A stretch of DNA of 64,000 nt from the human T2T-CHM13v2.0 reference genome, Homo sapiens: NCBI RefSeq assembly GCF_009914755.1, contig NC_060932.1, one strand, 5' to 3'. Every line of letters begins with the position of its first letter. Within the stretch, counting starts at the first letter, position 1. The notes beneath the pieces are model-generated. The model had not been told where the DNA came from and did no database searches. It saw nothing but the letters and a program-made list of their open reading frames with translations. Shown here piece after piece: positions 63,651-64,000 of this stretch. Made by a program: the position numbers and the translations under genes.

Positions 63651-64000
63651 ATATATATTATGTACATATAAATTATATATAATATATATTATGTACGTAT
63701 ATATTATATATTATGTACGTATATAATATATTATATATTATGTATATATAATATATATTACATATTATGTACATATATAATATATATTATGTACATATAT
63801 AATATATATTACATATTATGTACATATATAATATATATTATGTACATATATAATATATATTATGTACATATATAATATATATTTACATATATAATATTAT
63901 GTACACATATATTATATATATTATGTACATATATAATATATTATATATGTACATATATTATATATTATATATGTACATATATTATATATTATATATGTAC
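63648..64000. repeat. AT-rich minisatellite (about 22-nt unit TATATATTATGTACATATATAA), truncated by the window end
   Basis: Repeated ATTATGTACATATATAAT units read directly. Confidence 0.93.

Overview
Hominid (human-like) genomic DNA, not microbial. The left end carries the 5' end of ARFGEF1 (BIG1) on the minus strand: coding part of exon 1 at 3656-3779, start of intron 1 at 1-3655, and a CpG-island promoter at about 3400-4700 with a YY1 site and a (GCG)9 tract. The promoter is probably bidirectional. The remaining ~59 kb is upstream sequence dominated by transposable elements: about 54 Alu copies or fragments, a full-length but broken L1PA6-like LINE nested in an older L1M, a 5'-truncated SVA, solo LTRs (MER41B, LTR8, MER67/31-like, LTR7, MER50, THE1, MST, MLT1, LTR16), Tigger3b, MER5, L2/MIR relics and an AT-rich minisatellite at the right edge. 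Nearly all ORFs in the track are Alu, L1 or GC-content artefacts. I found no supportable new multi-gene system. The best leads are an SVA whose polyA signal is mutated and which carries a 36-nt 3' transduction, two TGATG-coupled uORFs ahead of a weak ARFGEF1 start codon, an open L1 ORF0 with a gained consensus splice donor, an essentially undiverged AluYc1, and a target site hit twice by Alu. Repeat subfamily names come from remembered consensus sequences and need RepeatMasker/Dfam confirmation. Boundaries of old repeats are approximate.
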